A stretch of 64,000 bases of DNA from Pelagibacteraceae bacterium AG-447-N18 (GTDB lineage: Bacteria; Pseudomonadota; Alphaproteobacteria; Pelagibacterales; Pelagibacteraceae): assembly GCA_003212275.1 (NCBI GenBank), contig QCQE01000004.1, positions 3,238 to 67,237 of the forward strand, given 5' to 3'. The notes under the pieces are model-generated. The model worked only from the letters and a program-made list of their open reading frames with translations, searched no databases and was not told the origin of the DNA. Below are positions 57,590 through 64,000 of the stretch, piece by piece; positions within the stretch are counted from its first letter, which is position 1, and each line of letters starts with the position of its first letter. The position numbers were made by a program, and so were the translations under genes.

Positions 57590-58522
57590 TTATTTAATTC
57601 TTGAGGCAATATAATCTAGAATTACAGGATTATAATACTGAAAACAAAGGCCCTGATTCATTATATGGCCTGCATTTTTACTTTCTGAAACCTCCCATTC
57701 CGAGTCATCTCCTTTTACAACACAAGTTTTCCCATTTATTTTATAATCTTCTGAAATGATAATTCTTTTAACACCCACAACTTCTTCTAACCAATCAGAT
57801 AACAGACCTTCATACTTATCTTTTGGATGTGTAAAAGCAAGAACAGGCACATTGTTTAATTTTTTTATATTATCAATCTGTCTTTGTCTTAGCTCAGCAC
57901 CCCCTGGATATTTTTTTGCAAATTTCGCTAGTGCCTTCTCAGAACCAACTTTTTTTACCTTATATTTTGAGGAGAGTTTACCATAACAAGCTTGCATATA
58001 TGATATACCACCTCCCACTTTTTCAGGATGCTCAGCCAATAACATTAAAGTCAAAAGACCTCCACAAGAATGTCCCGATATAATAATTTGTTTTCTAGGC
58101 ACACCTATTTTTACAAATTTGTCTACTAACTCTAAATTTTTTTCAATTCTTTTATCTAATTTATGTATACCTTCATAAGGTTCTTTAAACTTCCAGTATT
58201 TTTTTGGTGACATGTCTCCAGCTAAATCGTTAGTACAAAAGTTATAAACCATAATTTTTTTGTTATTAACTTCCTGATCTACTAGTGAAGCTTGATTTCT
58301 TATTTGATTTACCCAAATGCATTCATTTTTTATTGCTTTATCATTTTTATTTTGTCCATGATTATAAATAATTATAATTTTATTTTTTGGGTCTTTAATG
58401 TTCATGTTCTCATTTACTGAGGCAGATTTAGTAATAAAGCCACTTTTTAAAATTTTTCCATTCGCAAAAACATTGCCACATGATATCAAGCTAAAAATTA
58501 CAACTATTAAAATTTTTTTCAT
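57590..58522 (-). CDS. Exported alpha/beta hydrolase (possible lipoprotein)
   Basis: Signal/lipobox-like [15 protein letters not shown] and nucleophile elbow GHSCGG. Confidence 0.65.
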   Translation of the reverse strand: MKKILIVVIFSLISCGNVFANGKILKSGFITKSASVNENMNIKDPKNKIIIIYNHGQNKNDKAIKNECIWVNQIRNQASLVDQEVNNKKIMVYNFCTNDLAGDMSPKKYWKFKEPYEGIHKLDKRIEKNLELVDKFVKIGVPRKQIIISGHSCGGLLTLMLLAEHPEKVGGGISYMQACYGKLSSKYKVKKVGSEKALAKFAKKYPGGAELRQRQIDNIKKLNNVPVLAFTHPKDKYEGLLSDWLEEVVGVKRIIISEDYKINGKTCVVKGDDSEWEVSESKNAGHIMNQGLCFQYYNPVILDYIASRIK

Positions 58523-59255
58523 TCTTTCCCCCCCATAATATCTGGTGTTTGCCAGTTGAGACTTTGTCCGCTATCAATTGCTAAAATTTGACCCGTAATA
58601 GAGCTATTTTTAATAAAAAAGTCAACTGCGTCGCAAATCTCTTTTACATCAACTTGTTTTTTGAGAGGTGTTGCTAAATATTGTTTTTTAAAATGTTTTT
58701 TAGATTGTCTCTTATTTTTGATTGTGGGTCCTGGCGCTATGCCATTAACTCTTATATTTGGTGAGAGGCTCATAGCACTAGTTTTTGTAAGAGTATAAAG
58801 TCCAGTTTTACTTATTGTGTATGAAAAAAAAAATGGAGTTAATTTAAATACTCGTTGATCAATAATGTTAATAATATTGTTATTTTTTCCCCTGATATTT
58901 TTTGAGAATTCTTTTGATAAAATAGCAGGAGCTTTAAGATTTGTTGAAATATGATTTTCCCAACTTCTAAAACTAAAGTTTTCTAGTTTATCATTTTCGA
59001 ATAAAGATGCATTGTTGATTAGACAATCAAAATATTTTAATTTTGATTTAGCAAACTTTATAATTTTCATAACATCTTTTTCTTTACTAAGATTTCCTTT
59101 TACCAAATAAATTTTTGACCCATAATTTTGAAGTTTCTTTTTTAAATTTTCAGCTTTAGCTTTTGATTTATTATAATGAATTATAATTTGTTTATTCGGT
59201 CCTGATAATTTTTCAGCTATTGCAGCGCCTATTCTGGTTGCTCCACCAGTAATAA

Positions 59256-59274
<19 letters not shown>
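58519..59274 (-). CDS. Short-chain dehydrogenase/reductase (pteridine reductase-like)
   Basis: [15 protein letters not shown] and NNAS motifs, Y..SK catalytic pair. It lies close to folB. Confidence 0.7.
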
Positions 59275-62657
<3,383 letters not shown>

Positions 62658-63605
62658 TTATTTTTGATTTAAAATCTTTTTTGCTGGAATTGTTTTTTTT
62701 ATCCAAGAATTCGGAATTGAATTTAAACCTTTTAATGCAGCGAAGTATGCTCCAGTGAAATTTGCTCTAGAGCAATTGCAACCTCCTGCCTTTATTGTTT
62801 TTAATATAGCTTCTTTATAATTTTTTGAATTAACTATCGTGTAAATTGAACTATTAAAAGTTCCTGGATAACTACATGCCATACCAAGTTTTTTTATAGT
62901 GATAGAATGAAATTTTGAATTTAATCTTCTTATTTTTTTAATGTCATCAACAATAATTTTAAATGAAGTATTTTTTTTAAATTTTTTAATAAATTCATGA
63001 ACTGGATCTTTGGCTCCTTTAAGAGCAAATTCAATTATATAAAATTTAGCTAATGCATATTTTAAACTAATTTTTGAGGCAGTCACAATTTTTATAACTT
63101 TTTTTAGACTTTTAAAATCATAACCATAAAGAAAGTATGGAAGTGCAGCACAAAACCCATCAGATTCATTAACTTTTACACCACCCGAAATTTTCTTATT
63201 TGATTTAATATTGTTTACAGCTTCTATAACATTTTGGTGTATCCATGGTCCTTTGATCATACCACGCCAATCTTTTACTTTTTTATATTTTGATCTGAGA
63301 TTTAAATTTTTCCAATATTTACTTCCAGGACCAAAATTCTTCAAAATATTCTTTTTAAATTGTTTCTCTATATTTTCATGTTTTTCTAAAAGCGTTTGAA
63401 ACATAACTTGTCCAATTTCGTTATAACCTGAGACTTTCCCAGTTTTTATATTGTAGAAAGGACTTTTATTTTTTTTTAAAAAAGTAAAGTCTTTTTTACC
63501 TTTAATATAGGAATTAAGTTTTTTTTGATTGTATACCCAATGTAATGGTCTTGCAGCTGCATCAGCAACTGTTGCTCCTAAAAATACATGAAGGTTATTT
63601 TTCAC
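62658..63605 (-). CDS. ADP-ribosylglycohydrolase-like protein with a non-canonical metal-site motif
   Basis: N-terminal FLGATVADAAARPLHWVY and C-terminal KAGGCNCSRANFTGAYFAALKGLNSIPNSW resemble the ARH family layout (G.GDA.G...E ... GGDTDT...G...G...IP..W). The acidic ligands are replaced. Confidence 0.45.
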   Translation of the reverse strand: MKNNLHVFLGATVADAAARPLHWVYNQKKLNSYIKGKKDFTFLKKNKSPFYNIKTGKVSGYNEIGQVMFQTLLEKHENIEKQFKKNILKNFGPGSKYWKNLNLRSKYKKVKDWRGMIKGPWIHQNVIEAVNNIKSNKKISGGVKVNESDGFCAALPYFLYGYDFKSLKKVIKIVTASKISLKYALAKFYIIEFALKGAKDPVHEFIKKFKKNTSFKIIVDDIKKIRRLNSKFHSITIKKLGMACSYPGTFNSSIYTIVNSKNYKEAILKTIKAGGCNCSRANFTGAYFAALKGLNSIPNSWIKKTIPAKKILNQK

Positions 63606-63606
63606 T

Positions 63607-64000
63607 TTAATGTGATAAAAACTTTTCAGCCTCTAGTGCCGCCATACAACCCATACCAGCAGCAGTAACTGCTTGTCTAAATGTTTTATCTTTTACATCT
63701 CCGGCCGCATAAACGCCTGGTACATTAGTCTCCGTTGAGTCTGGTTTTGTTATTAAGTACCCCTCTTTATCCATACTTAATTGATTTTTAAATAATTGTG
63801 TAGCTGGATCATGTCCAATTGCGATGAAGACACCATCTAATTTAATTTCGTCAATTTTATTTGTTTTAACATTCTTAATTTTAACTCCTTTAACATTTTT
63901 TGGATCTTTATCACCAATAACGTCTTCAACAATACTATCCCAAATAATTTCAATTTTTTTATTCTCCATAAGTTTTTTTTGAAGCATTTTTTCAGCTCTT
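63607..64000 (-). CDS. trxB: Thioredoxin reductase, C-terminal part (N-terminus beyond the right window edge)
   Basis: GVFIAIGHDP, GVYAAGDV and RQAVTAAGMGCMAALEAEKFL motifs. The frame stays open to position 64000. Confidence 0.9.
   Translation of the reverse strand, partial: RAEKMLQKKLMENKKIEIIWDSIVEDVIGDKDPKNVKGVKIKNVKTNKIDEIKLDGVFIAIGHDPATQLFKNQLSMDKEGYLITKPDSTETNVPGVYAAGDVKDKTFRQAVTAAGMGCMAALEAEKFLSH

Overview
This window looks like a very AT-rich, tightly packed alphaproteobacterial chromosome segment. G+C is roughly 30% by eye (not computed). Compaction, gene order and a retinal-biosynthesis operon suggest a SAR11/Pelagibacterales-like organism; that assignment is inference. About 61 kb is ordinary core genome. 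It includes lipid A late steps (lpxL', lpxK, waaA, msbA), ubiA, the aa3 cytochrome oxidase operon (coxB-ctaD-ctaB-small ORF-ctaG-ctaE-SURF1), thrC and a peroxiredoxin. It also includes rnhA-thrB-ispH-blh-crtY-crtB-crtI, the ATP synthase F0 operon, a short SMC, dsbA, DUF721, mutY, ccrM, rnhB, udg, ispE, tRNA-Gln and cca. The rest covers greA, hemF, petABC, ychF-pth-L25-prs, lgt, envZ/ompR-like genes, ilvE, pgsA, uvrC, folB, uvrB, an aspartate aminotransferase and trxB'. The exception is a ~2.85-kb island at 16913-19765, wedged between the convergent 3' ends of the peroxiredoxin gene and rnhA. Eight same-orientation copies of a 24-nt GC-rich repeat (consensus GGGGCGTTCTGTTGCCAGGTGCCC) cut it into seven 240-490 bp mini-cassettes. 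Each cassette holds one tiny gene, or one tiny two-gene unit, for a signal-peptide/lipoprotein Cys-containing protein or a small multi-TM protein. Two small protein families recur within the island. The two reverse-oriented cassettes carry their own direct-repeat and hairpin signals. No integrase, transposase, cas gene or RT is present in the window. I regard this island as the best candidate for an undescribed integron-like or REP-like cassette system. Its mechanism cannot be established from sequence alone.
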